Positions 9,918-19,462 of a stretch of DNA of 43,472 nt are shown piece by piece. How positions within the stretch are numbered: position 1 is the stretch's first letter; every line of letters begins with the position of its first letter. Made by a program: the position numbers and the translations under genes. The stretch is taken from sequence record SRR16203515_940. One strand, given 5' to 3'. A model generated the notes under the pieces. The model was not told the origin of the DNA. It was given only the letters and a program-made list of their open reading frames with translations, and made no database searches.

Positions 9918-10793
9918 ATGTTTACCGGCAGCATGGTGGCAATTGTCACCCCGATGAATACTGATGGCTCAGTTGATTGGCCAGCACTTGAAAAGCTTGT
10001 TGAGCATCATATTGCGCAAGGCACTGATGCTATCGTTTCCGTTGGAACTACGGGTGAGTCTGCGACGCTTGATCATAACGAGCACACGGAGGTGATTGAA
10101 AGAACGGTGAAGGCGGTCGCAGGGCGTATTCCGGTGATCGGGGGAACAGGCGCAAATTCGACGTCAGAAGCGATTCTGCTTACAGAGCGTGCCGCTGCTG
10201 CAGGAGTTGATGGATGCCTCCTGGTTGTACCGTATTACAACAAGCCCCCTCAGGAAGGTCTTTACCAGCATTTTCGAACGATTGCCGAAGCGGTTGCGAT
10301 CCCCCAAATTTTATATAACGTTCCGGGGCGAACAGCGGTCGATATGCATAACGACACCACGTTGCGTTTGGCAGAGATTGAGAACATTGTGGCTATTAAA
10401 GATGCGACAAATGATCTTGATCGGGGGCGGGATCTGATTAATCGGTCTCCTCAAGACTTTATGGTGTATTCAGGCGAAGATGGGACAGCTTGTGAGCTGA
10501 TGCTGTCAGGGGGGAAAGGTACGATCTCAGTGACGGCTAACGTTGCGCCCGAATTGATGCACCGTATGTGCACGGCTGCTGTAGCCGGAAACGCAAAGGA
10601 GGCTCGTGAACTGAATACGCAGCTTGAGAAATTGCATCAAGCGCTGTTTGTTGAATCCAATCCGATTCCGGCGAAATGGGCGGTTCAACAGCAGGGCATC
10701 ATTGGTGACGGAATCAGGCTCCCACTTCTGCCGTTGTCAGCCGCCAATCAAGAAGCCGTCAGAGAGGCAATGCAGGCAGCTGGTGTCATTTAA
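9918..10793 (+). CDS. dapA: 4-hydroxy-tetrahydrodipicolinate synthase
   Basis: MFTGSMVAIVTPM, GTTGESATL, VPYYNKP, LYNVPGRT, AIKDAT (Schiff-base Lys) and ESNPIPAK; AAGGAG RBS before ATG 9918. Confidence 0.97.
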   Translation: MFTGSMVAIVTPMNTDGSVDWPALEKLVEHHIAQGTDAIVSVGTTGESATLDHNEHTEVIERTVKAVAGRIPVIGGTGANSTSEAILLTERAAAAGVDGCLLVVPYYNKPPQEGLYQHFRTIAEAVAIPQILYNVPGRTAVDMHNDTTLRLAEIENIVAIKDATNDLDRGRDLINRSPQDFMVYSGEDGTACELMLSGGKGTISVTANVAPELMHRMCTAAVAGNAKEARELNTQLEKLHQALFVESNPIPAKWAVQQQGIIGDGIRLPLLPLSAANQEAVREAMQAAGVI

Positions 10794-10817
10794 GGAACCC
10801 CAGAAGGCTATTTATTA

Positions 10818-11549
10818 ATGAATCGAGGCGAAATACTTTATTCGGGGAAGGCAAAATCTGTTTTTTTAACCGAACATCCTGACAAATTGCTGCTTGAATT
10901 TCGAAACGATACATCGGCGTTCGATGGCGAAAAAGTGGAACAGCTCGCGCGCAAGGGGATGGTCAATAATCGTTTCAATGCATTCATTATGGGGCATTTG
11001 GAGCGTCAGGGCGTGTCGACCCATTTCGATACACTTTGTGGAGATAATGAGTCACTGGTCAAGCGACTCGATATGATTCCCGTCGAGTGTGTGGTTCGAA
11101 ACATGGCAACTGGCTCCCTTTGTCGACGTTTGGGTATCGAAGATGGAGTTGAGCTAGATCCTCCTGTTTTTGAATTTTTTCTGAAGAATGATCAACTCCA
11201 TGACCCTATGATCAACGAGTACCACATCGATTCGTTTGGCTGGGCCACTGCTGAAGAAGTGGGTGAGATGAAACGCCAGACTTTCAGAGTAAACGAAATT
11301 TTAAAAACGCTTTTCCTGGACGGCGGTTTACTGCTAATCGACTTCAAACTCGAGTTTGGCCGGTGTGATGGAAAGTTGCTTCTGGGTGATGAATTTACGC
11401 CCGATGGTTGCCGTATATGGGATCAAGACACCCGAAAAAAATTGGATAAGGACCGCTTCAGGCAGGGTCTTGGAAGCGTCGTCGAGGGCTATGAAGAGGT
11501 CGCCCATCGATTGGGGCTTGATCTTTCTTCTCCAGTAACAGGTGAGTGA
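10818..11549 (+). CDS. purC: Phosphoribosylaminoimidazole-succinocarboxamide (SAICAR) synthase
   Basis: [41 protein letters not shown] and [11 protein letters not shown]. Confidence 0.97.
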   Translation: MNRGEILYSGKAKSVFLTEHPDKLLLEFRNDTSAFDGEKVEQLARKGMVNNRFNAFIMGHLERQGVSTHFDTLCGDNESLVKRLDMIPVECVVRNMATGSLCRRLGIEDGVELDPPVFEFFLKNDQLHDPMINEYHIDSFGWATAEEVGEMKRQTFRVNEILKTLFLDGGLLLIDFKLEFGRCDGKLLLGDEFTPDGCRIWDQDTRKKLDKDRFRQGLGSVVEGYEEVAHRLGLDLSSPVTGE

Positions 11550-11566
11550 GGCCAGCGACTGGTTCT

Positions 11567-14500
11567 ATGCTGATCCTTGATGGCGGTTCTGCACTAACGG
11601 CTTTTAAGCTTGAAAGGGTGGCCGCTCGAGTTCGCCAAGCCGGACACGCTTCTGTCAATCTCTCCGCCCATTTTTTTTATCTCGTTGATCCTCAGAGGAA
11701 GCTTGATCAAGTTTCATTAGAAGTGCTTGAGGACTTGTTGGATGCTTCGGACGGTTCGGCTTCATTCCCGAGTAGATTTCAAGATGCGGTGGCGATCACG
11801 CCACGCGCCGGAACACGGTCGCCATGGTCCACAAAAGCAACCGAGATTGTCCACCATTGTGGACTCGATTCGGTTCGCCGAGTCGAAAGGGGGGTTATCT
11901 GGCGGTTTGGAAATGGGGATCAAAATATCCAGACTGATACCGCGATCGTTAACATCCTGCATGACAAAATGATCGAGTCGGTCGCGACTAACGTTGAGTC
12001 ACTCCTGAAAATATTTGAAAATCGGTCGCCGGGCGCAGCGGAATTTATTGATCTGATCGGTGGTGGTATTGACGCCCTAAAAAAGGCTAATCAGCTCCAG
12101 GGTTTTGCGTTGACCGATCAGGAGTGTGGTTATCTCTATGATTCCTTTTTGGCTCTGGGTCGAAATCCAACGGATACCGAGTTGATGATGTTTGCTCAAG
12201 TTAATTCTGAGCATTGTCGCCATAAAATTTTTAACGCCTCCTGGATGATCGACCAAAAGGCGGAGACGCGCTCACTGTTTGGAATGATTCGCCAGACGCA
12301 TGCGGAAAACGGCGCTAAAACACTTGTGGCTTACGCTGATAACGCCGCCGTAATCAAAAGCTATCCGGCTTCGTGGTTTCTCCCTCGTCCTGATTCCGCT
12401 GAATATGCGCAGATCACTGAGCCCCTTCATATGGTTCTTAAAGTAGAGACGCATAATCATCCCACCGCCATATCGCCGTTTCCGGGTGCCGCAACGGGTT
12501 CGGGTGGGGAGATTCGTGATGAAGGTGCAACCGGTCGCGGGGGGAAGCCAAAAGCGGGGGTAACCGGTTTTTCAGTCTCAAATTTACGGGTCCCTGGGTT
12601 GCCGATGTCATGGGAATTAGCCGAGCAAAGTCCCTCGAGAATCGCTCTGCCGCTTCAGATCATGCTGGAAGCGCCTGTTGGCGCCGCTTCTTTCAATAAT
12701 GAATTCGGCCGACCAAATATTGCGGGCTATTTCCGAACCTTGGAGACATTGACGGAGCAGGGTGAGACGAATCACCGCTATGGATATCACAAGCCAATCA
12801 TGATTGCGGGCGGGATGGGCAACATCCGAGGGCAGCATGTCAAAAAGCAGAAAATTGAGCCCGGCGCACACCTGGTCGTGCTCGGCGGCCCTGCGATGTT
12901 GATTGGGTTGGGCGGTGGCGCGGCGTCGAGTGTTGATTCCGGGGAGAGTAACGAGCGACTGGATTTTACGTCGGTCCAGCGGGGAAATGCAGAGATGCAA
13001 CGCCGATGCCAGGAAGTCATTGACCGCTGTATCTCACTTGGTGATAACAACCCAATCGTCTCGATTCACGATGTCGGGGCCGGCGGTCTCTCAAACGCTT
13101 TACCAGAACTTGTATCTGATGCCGGTCTTGGGGCAAAAATAAATCTTGATAAGATTCCGTCTGATGATTCTTCGTTATCGCCGATGCAACTCTGGTGTAA
13201 TGAGGCGCAAGAGCGCTATGTGCTTGCTATTGCGCCCCAAAATATAGAACGATTTCGAGCAATTTGCGTTCGGGAGCGGTGCCTTTTCAGCGTGGTCGGA
13301 GAGGCCACAGAAGCTCTGCAACTGCAGTTAGTCAACGATGGTGATGAGGGTCACTCGGTCGACACGCAGGGAAATCCTGTGGATCTGCCGATGTCTCTGC
13401 TGTTTGGTAATACGCCTCGGATGCACCGCGAGGTTCGTTCTCACTTGCCAACATTCCAATCAAACTCTTTCGATGATGTTGACGTGGGAGACGCTCTGGA
13501 CCGCGTGTTGCGATTACCTGTTGTTGCGGACAAAACTTTTCTGATTACGATTGGTGATCGAAGCGTTGGTGGACAGATCGCCCGAGATCAGATGGTAGGG
13601 CCCTGGCAGGTTCCGGTGGCGGATGCGGGAATTACAACAGCGGGTTTTGATAGCCCGACTGGTGAGGCAATTGCGATTGGCGAGCGAGCGCCACTTGCTC
13701 TCATTAATCCGGTCGCGAGTGGCCGGATGGCGGTGGCTGAGGCCATTATGAACATCGCGAGCGCGGGAATTGCGGAATTGTCAGATATCCATCTTTGTGC
13801 AAATTGGATGGCAGCTGCCGGTGAACCGGGCCAGGATGCTGCGTTGTTTGAGACAGTTGAGGCGGTTGCAACAAAGCTATGTCCCGCGCTTGGTATTTCG
13901 ATTCCGGTGGGTAAAGACTCAATGTCGATGACCAGCCGTTGGCATCATGACGGGGAAGAATTTAGCGTGAGATCCCCATTGTCTCTGGTCATTACCGCGT
14001 TCGCTCCGGTGGCTGATGTTCGCCGATCGGTGACTCCAGAACTTGATTTGTCGGAAAAGTCTGTTTTACTTTTTGTGGATCTTGCGCAAGGTCAAAAGCG
14101 TTTAGGGGGATCCGCGTTGGCGCAAGTTCACGGTCAGGTGGGTACTGAAACTCCCGATGTGGTTGACCCGTGCGACCTAGTAAGTTTCTTCGCGGTTTCG
14201 CGCCATCTTTTGGCCGAGGGCCAAATGATGGCGTATCACGATCGCTCTGATGGCGGCTTGGTGATTACCTTGCTAGAGATGGCATTTGCGAGCCGTTGCT
14301 CGCTGGAGATTGACATCAGTGATCAAGACGAACCTTTAGCGGCATTATTTTCAGAAGAGATAGGCGCGGTGCTCCAGGTGAGAGATGCAGACCTGGAGGA
14401 TGTCATGTGTGTTTTTGAAGCAGAAAACCTCCGAGATCGGGTGCGTGTAATTGGCCACCCTGTGCCAGGAGGTGATGTTGTCCGGATTAGCGCTGGCAAT

Positions 14501-15478
14501 ACATTGCTGATCGATCGTGCAAGAAGCGAAATGCACTCGATATGGTCTGAACTTACGGCAAAGTTGCAAAGCCTTAGGGATGAGCCGACGTGCGCTTTGG
14601 CGGAACATAATCGAATTAAGGATCTATCTGACCCTGGCCTTCACGCCTCGTTGGTGTTTGATCTCAACCAGAATCCCGCAACCCAAGCGATATTATCCGG
14701 GACCCGACCTCAGGTTGCGATTCTTCGGGAACAAGGGGTGAATGGCCATATGGAGATGGCTGCCGCTTTTGATCGTGGCGGGTTTAGGGCTATCGATGTC
14801 ACCATGTCGGATTTGAAAGAGGGGCGACAGGATCTTCAGGCGTTTAAAGGTCTCGTTGCCTGCGGTGGATTTTCGTACGGCGATGTTCTTGGGGCGGGCA
14901 TGGGCTGGGCCAAATCAATTCTTTTTGAGCCCGCAATGAGAGCGATGTTTGCTGAGTTTTTCTTTCGGCAAGATACTTTTGCGTTGGGAATTTGTAATGG
15001 CTGTCAAATGATCGCGGGGTTAAAGGAGTTGGTTCCAGGCGCAGAACATTGGCCTCGATTTTCAGAAAATCTCTCCGGGCAGTTTGAATCCCGGGTGGTA
15101 ATGGTTGAAATAACTGATAGTGACTCAATTTTATTCGATGGTATGCAAGGGTCCCGGATGCCGGTGGTTGTTGCGCACGGGGAGGGCCGGGCAGAATTTA
15201 GTGGGGAGGGCGATCTGAACCGCTTGAAAGGGACTGGTCAGTGGGCCCTTCGATATGTGGATAATTATGGCCATCCGACAGAACGTTTTCCTTTTAATCC
15301 GAATGGCTCCCCAAGCGGGGTCGCAGGACTGTGCGCGGCAGATGGGCGGGTCAATATCATGATGCCGCATCCAGAGCGTAACTTCAGAACAATAACAAAC
15401 TCATGGCACCCCAAAGATTGGGGCGAGCATGGGCCATGGCTTAGGATTTTTCAGAATGCTCGCGCATTTGTTAACTAA
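11567..15478 (+). CDS. purL: Phosphoribosylformylglycinamidine synthase (large single-chain form)
   Basis: ELMMFAQVNSEHCRHKIFNA, KVETHNHPTAISPFPGAATGSGGEIRDEGATGRG and HDVGAGG; C-terminal glutaminase ALGICNGCQM and MMPHPER. Alternative start GTG 11546 overlaps the purC stop. Confidence 0.98.
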   Translation: MLILDGGSALTAFKLERVAARVRQAGHASVNLSAHFFYLVDPQRKLDQVSLEVLEDLLDASDGSASFPSRFQDAVAITPRAGTRSPWSTKATEIVHHCGLDSVRRVERGVIWRFGNGDQNIQTDTAIVNILHDKMIESVATNVESLLKIFENRSPGAAEFIDLIGGGIDALKKANQLQGFALTDQECGYLYDSFLALGRNPTDTELMMFAQVNSEHCRHKIFNASWMIDQKAETRSLFGMIRQTHAENGAKTLVAYADNAAVIKSYPASWFLPRPDSAEYAQITEPLHMVLKVETHNHPTAISPFPGAATGSGGEIRDEGATGRGGKPKAGVTGFSVSNLRVPGLPMSWELAEQSPSRIALPLQIMLEAPVGAASFNNEFGRPNIAGYFRTLETLTEQGETNHRYGYHKPIMIAGGMGNIRGQHVKKQKIEPGAHLVVLGGPAMLIGLGGGAASSVDSGESNERLDFTSVQRGNAEMQRRCQEVIDRCISLGDNNPIVSIHDVGAGGLSNALPELVSDAGLGAKINLDKIPSDDSSLSPMQLWCNEAQERYVLAIAPQNIERFRAICVRERCLFSVVGEATEALQLQLVNDGDEGHSVDTQGNPVDLPMSLLFGNTPRMHREVRSHLPTFQSNSFDDVDVGDALDRVLRLPVVADKTFLITIGDRSVGGQIARDQMVGPWQVPVADAGITTAGFDSPTGEAIAIGERAPLALINPVASGRMAVAEAIMNIASAGIAELSDIHLCANWMAAAGEPGQDAALFETVEAVATKLCPALGISIPVGKDSMSMTSRWHHDGEEFSVRSPLSLVITAFAPVADVRRSVTPELDLSEKSVLLFVDLAQGQKRLGGSALAQVHGQVGTETPDVVDPCDLVSFFAVSRHLLAEGQMMAYHDRSDGGLVITLLEMAFASRCSLEIDISDQDEPLAALFSEEIGAVLQVRDADLEDVMCVFEAENLRDRVRVIGHPVPGGDVVRISAGNTLLIDRARSEMHSIWSELTAKLQSLRDEPTCALAEHNRIKDLSDPGLHASLVFDLNQNPATQAILSGTRPQVAILREQGVNGHMEMAAAFDRGGFRAIDVTMSDLKEGRQDLQAFKGLVACGGFSYGDVLGAGMGWAKSILFEPAMRAMFAEFFFRQDTFALGICNGCQMIAGLKELVPGAEHWPRFSENLSGQFESRVVMVEITDSDSILFDGMQGSRMPVVVAHGEGRAEFSGEGDLNRLKGTGQWALRYVDNYGHPTERFPFNPNGSPSGVAGLCAADGRVNIMMPHPERNFRTITNSWHPKDWGEHGPWLRIFQNARAFVN

Positions 15479-15505
15479 GTTGTGAAGTAAACCTATCCGC
15501 GGCTG

Positions 15506-16162
15506 TTAAACCGATTTTCGCTCTCTTTTAAATTTTGATTTAAATTCTTTTTTTGTACGACGCGCAAATTCCTTGCCGTCTTCTATTTTTGATTTGAAAG
15601 TTTCTTTCTGATCTTCAGCATCAAAGGAGTCTAGATTGTTTCCTGCTTGGAAATGTTGTGCGAATATCTTTCCTACCGCGTAGGTGTGACTAACGTTAAT
15701 GACTGCGAGCGGGGCCACAAGTCCAAAATAACCTATGCCTGGCACCAGTTTTCCAAGACTAGTAAATGTTGCTGAAGACATTCCGGCAATAAGAATAGTG
15801 ATCGCCTTTTTCGCTTTACCCTGTGAGAACGGAACGTCATAAAGTTCCGATAATTCTTGGACGAGCTTTACCTGAATCGTCGTCATCGCCGCTAAGTCGA
15901 TGATGGGGACCGGAATGAGTGCTGCTGAGAAAGACCAGTAACAGTAATATTTGATTGTGTTGTTTGCTGCCTTTATTCGAATTTCGTCGCTTGCCAGCTC
16001 CTCTGACTGATATTGCTCAGTAGATGAAGTGCCAGGACCAGACGATTCCCTGTCGGTCCCGCTTGAACTCTCGTGGTTAAACTCATCAGCCTCGTAGAGA
16101 CGCCGTCGCCTGCGAGATGAAGATGAGGAATTGGACTCTTTGGGATCGGTATTTTCTATCAT
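15506..16162 (-). CDS. DUF697/YcjF-like membrane-associated protein with a disordered N-terminal extension
   Basis: Core LIPVPIIDLAAMTTIQVKLVQELSELYDVPFS...KLVPGIG...TYAVGKIFAQHFQAG; clear paralogue of 18898..19395; ATGA overlap with parA. Confidence 0.75.
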   Translation of the reverse strand: MIENTDPKESNSSSSSRRRRRLYEADEFNHESSSGTDRESSGPGTSSTEQYQSEELASDEIRIKAANNTIKYYCYWSFSAALIPVPIIDLAAMTTIQVKLVQELSELYDVPFSQGKAKKAITILIAGMSSATFTSLGKLVPGIGYFGLVAPLAVINVSHTYAVGKIFAQHFQAGNNLDSFDAEDQKETFKSKIEDGKEFARRTKKEFKSKFKRERKSV

Positions 16163-17106
16163 GAGGTTTTGTCTGAAATGTTGTTCGGATTAAGATGTAA
16201 CATAGCGCGCACCGCAAAATCGTAATCCAACTGGGCCTTTTTTGCTTTTGGAAAATCGAACACGGTTCTGTTTCGTTCTTGGGCTTGGGCAAAGTAGGAG
16301 CTTGTCCGAATTGGTTGAGCAATAACGCGGTCGCCATAACGTTGCTTTAGATCCGCAAGCACGGATTCGCTCATTTTAATCCGACGATCAAAATGTGTTA
16401 GAAGAATAAAAATCTTCGGTGGCTTCATCCCGAACGCTTCCGAGATCGCCTCAGTTTCGCTTATTGTTAGATCAATTCCTCTTAAGGCAAAACTATCCGC
16501 AGTCGTAGGGATGATTAGCTTACTCGAAGCGCATATTGTCGAAATGACTCCCGCCCCCAGAGATGGTGGGCAGTCAACAAATATCAAATCATTTCCCATC
16601 TTAAAAAGTTCATCGCAGCATTCCTTTACGGCATTTTTTTGAGAGATTGGCCGGGACAGCTGAAGGTCAAGCAGACTGTTATCAAGAGAAGAGGGGAGAA
16701 GGCTTAATTGCGCGTCGATGTTAATTAATGCGGATGACACCTCTTCCGGCTTATCCCAGAACTCGATAAATGGGCGTGCTGTTTCTGACTGGTCCTGCGC
16801 GAGCATGAATGTTGCCGACGCTTGAGCATCGATATCAAGCAGGCATGTTTTAAGTCCAAAATCACATGATCGCCGGGCACACGTGACTGAAGACGTTGTT
16901 TTGCCAGTGCCACCTTTGAGATTGATGAATGCGATGACATCACGCTGGGCGAGAAGGCCGTGCGCTTCAAGCTTTTCACGAACGACTGAGGGCGGAATAA
17001 AAAGATCAGTATTTTTATCAGTTGGTCGACCAGGCGTTAGGGACGGTTCTTCCGGGATAACCGATGGATTACCGATAATTTTGTTGAGTTCCGAGGCTTT
17101 AATCAC
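16159..17106 (-). CDS. ParA/Soj family ATPase (orphan, no ParB nearby)
   Basis: Deviant Walker A NLKGGTGKTTS, LLDIDAQASAT (A'), IFVDCPPSLG (Walker B) and TxFDRR. Confidence 0.88.
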   Translation of the reverse strand: MIKASELNKIIGNPSVIPEEPSLTPGRPTDKNTDLFIPPSVVREKLEAHGLLAQRDVIAFINLKGGTGKTTSSVTCARRSCDFGLKTCLLDIDAQASATFMLAQDQSETARPFIEFWDKPEEVSSALINIDAQLSLLPSSLDNSLLDLQLSRPISQKNAVKECCDELFKMGNDLIFVDCPPSLGAGVISTICASSKLIIPTTADSFALRGIDLTISETEAISEAFGMKPPKIFILLTHFDRRIKMSESVLADLKQRYGDRVIAQPIRTSSYFAQAQERNRTVFDFPKAKKAQLDYDFAVRAMLHLNPNNISDKTS

Positions 17107-17163
17107 TTGGCTGGGGTTCTTCAGGTCAGAAATAAGGTTTTCGGATTAACGCGATTGGAGGTC

Positions 17164-17517
17164 TTAATCTACCCAATGATAAGTTGGATCACCAATGAAA
17201 TCACTGAGAATACTCTGATAACATTGTTCGGCTTCAGAGCGGGACGTTGGAGCGCCTGTGTCGTCACCGCTAGCTTCCCATTTTTCGGTTTCTAGCCATT
17301 TATGGATAAGCAACTGGCAATCTTTCAATCGCGCAGTAAGTGCACTGTAGTCCTTGTTTGATAGCGCTGGGTTTGGGGAATTATCATAATCCTCGTTCGC
17401 AAGACTGGCGGGTGTCATTATGCTTCCAGCTACGAATAAGATTGCTAGAACAAGTGTCAAGGTTGAAACGGAAATTGGCTCGTAGCTTAACAAATGTCTA
17501 GTAATTTTCTGGTGCAT
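17164..17517 (-). CDS. Hypothetical protein, probably exported
   Basis: 117-aa ORF filling the gap, co-directional with parA; hydrophobic segment ending ...TPASLA resembles a signal peptide; no recognised family. Confidence 0.5.
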   Translation of the reverse strand: MHQKITRHLLSYEPISVSTLTLVLAILFVAGSIMTPASLANEDYDNSPNPALSNKDYSALTARLKDCQLLIHKWLETEKWEASGDDTGAPTSRSEAEQCYQSILSDFIGDPTYHWVD

Positions 17518-17708
17518 AACAAATCTTATATTGTTTGATCGTTTGACGCGCCCTTGAGTATATCGTTCTTGTCGATTTTTAATCAGACGTCTTGGCGAGT
17601 TTAATTTACTTGATTATGGTCGAAATTGTTTTGCATTTTTTGAATAAAAACTTAAACTAGGGCGTTGCAAAAGAAAATATCACGATTACTGAGGACGCTG
17701 TTTCAAAT

Positions 17709-18716
17709 ATGATTCCTGCTACATTTAAAAAAAGATTTTTCTTCGCGATTGGTGGCGCCGCCGGTCTGACGACCCTGTTTTTTTCACCCGCACTAGTGGC
17801 TGGGCCTGCGCAATGGATGCCGTTAGTGCCACCATCAGACGCGGAGGTCTTTGTTTATGGTTATGCTCGAACGGGTGTGCTTGTCAATAATGGCGATCCA
17901 ACAGTAACAGATGGTGATTCCTCAATCGGGTTTGCGGCGCAAACCAAAATTGGGGATGATTTGGGCGCGATAGCGGTATATGAAAACAGCGTCTGGTCGT
18001 CTAACGGTTCTATTGTGACCCCGTCGCTTTGGGCTACAAAAAACCCGACCAAGTTCGCCTATGTTGGGCTCAAGGGAGGTTGGGGCGCGCTGACGCTAGG
18101 TTCTCAGTGGGCACCGTTGGCGGGTGCAATCGGGAACTATGTTGATAAGTCGCATTTCTTTGGGGGCCATGGATTTGTAGGCGGACAATACAGAATCAGT
18201 CATTCGACCGCCTATCAAAAGTGTTGGGACCGACTGTGCTACAAGGCCATTTTTGCCGATCTTCAGATGAATGATTACGATTCCAGTAATATCGACCGGG
18301 CAACGATCGGCGGCAATTGGCGAATTGGAAATTTGGTTTTAGGTGGCGCCTACCAAGACCATGGGGATAATGACTATTCTGGTTTTTCGTTCCAGATGCC
18401 GTTCAAGGTGTTTGGATATGGTTCTGGAATTTCAATCGAGAGTACTAAAGTCGGGATCCCGCGTAAAGCGATGGATAATTACAAGGTTGTGTTAGCGGGC
18501 GGCTATTCAAGCACCGAGCAAACGGGCGACGGTTGGGATGTGAATTTACAGTATGGGGCGTTATGGATGGATTATTCAGTAGATGCAGCAGGAACACCCC
18601 GTATCGTTGTTGACCTCATCCATGCGCTCTCGAAAAAAGTCGCATTAATTGGCGAGGTGATGGTTCAGGACGGGACGGATCAGCGAGGCGTTGCGTTATT
18701 GTCGATGGACTTCTAG
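17709..18716 (+). CDS. Gram-negative outer-membrane porin
   Basis: Signal peptide, first strand VFVYGYAR, SxIGF...IGDDLGAIAVYE, FAYVGLKGGWGALTLGSQ and C-terminal Phe (BAM signal). Confidence 0.8.
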   Translation: MIPATFKKRFFFAIGGAAGLTTLFFSPALVAGPAQWMPLVPPSDAEVFVYGYARTGVLVNNGDPTVTDGDSSIGFAAQTKIGDDLGAIAVYENSVWSSNGSIVTPSLWATKNPTKFAYVGLKGGWGALTLGSQWAPLAGAIGNYVDKSHFFGGHGFVGGQYRISHSTAYQKCWDRLCYKAIFADLQMNDYDSSNIDRATIGGNWRIGNLVLGGAYQDHGDNDYSGFSFQMPFKVFGYGSGISIESTKVGIPRKAMDNYKVVLAGGYSSTEQTGDGWDVNLQYGALWMDYSVDAAGTPRIVVDLIHALSKKVALIGEVMVQDGTDQRGVALLSMDF

Positions 18717-18827
18717 ATTTTTTAGTACTTCGGGTCGTGGAGGTAGTGGTTAAGAAAACATCGGTTGGTTTGCAGGTATAGGCGAAGTTTCAGTGATGAA
18801 AATCACCCTTTAAAATATATTCTTCAT

Positions 18828-18857
18828 TTGGGACTTGATTAATTTTTGGCATATAAT
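18828..18857 (+). promoter_or_regulatory. Candidate sigma70 promoter for the DUF697 gene
   Basis: TTGGGA (18828-18833), 18-nt spacer, perfect TATAAT (18852-18857) in an AT-rich intergenic region; GGAG RBS before ATG 18898. Confidence 0.35.
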
Positions 18858-18897
18858 GAGATAGGTTTGATAAACAACATTCACAGCGGAGTAAAAA

Positions 18898-19395
18898 ATG
18901 ACTGAAGAATCAAACGTTCAAGATGTCGAGCAAGACGTAGAAATGTCTAGCGAAGAGCGGTTAACGAAAGCAAACGAGGTTGTGCGGAACTACGCGCTCG
19001 GCACTGCCGCGGTCGGCGTTATTCCCGCGCCGGGAGTGGACTTGGTCGGAATGACCGCCGTTCAGCTTGCGATGATCCATAAACTATCATCAATCTATAA
19101 CGTGAAATTCACCAAGTCTCTTGCCCGAAACGCGATTGCAGCGTTGATCGGTGGTGGCACGCCAGTTTTGGCAGGCGCTACCGTGGCAAGTGCGATCAAA
19201 GCCGTCCCCTTCGTGGGGGCATATGTCGCAGTCTTGACTCAGCCTGCCTTAGGTGGGGCAGTCGCTTACGGATTGGGAAAAGTTTTTGTTCAGCATTTTG
19301 AATCGGGCGGCACTTTTCTTACTTTTGATCCAAATAAAGTCAGGGCGTACTACGAGGAAATGGTCAGCGAAGGCTCGGAAAAAGCAAAAGCTTAG
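18898..19395 (+). CDS. DUF697/YcjF-like protein
   Basis: ANEVVRNY..., VIPAPGVDLVGMTAVQLAMIHKLSSIYNVKF, IKAVPFVG and YGLGKVFVQHFESGGTFLTFDP; GGAG RBS. Confidence 0.8.
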   Translation: MTEESNVQDVEQDVEMSSEERLTKANEVVRNYALGTAAVGVIPAPGVDLVGMTAVQLAMIHKLSSIYNVKFTKSLARNAIAALIGGGTPVLAGATVASAIKAVPFVGAYVAVLTQPALGGAVAYGLGKVFVQHFESGGTFLTFDPNKVRAYYEEMVSEGSEKAKA

Positions 19396-19414
19396 AAAGG
19401 CTGATAGATATCCT

Positions 19415-19462
19415 AACCGGCGCCTGGGTTCGTTAAGACACGTTCCCAGTCGCCGGTTTTTT
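19415..19462 (+). terminator. Rho-independent terminator after the DUF697 gene
   Basis: AACCGGCGCCTGGG (19415-19428) pairs with CCCAGTCGCCGGTT (19445-19458) with one mismatch and a 16-nt loop; the T-run extends to 19462. Confidence 0.7.

Noticed and set aside
16159-17106. ParA as evidence of a plasmid or prophage partition system
   Set aside because: No parB, rep, integrase, phage gene or parS repeats are visible, and the flank is chromosomal housekeeping.
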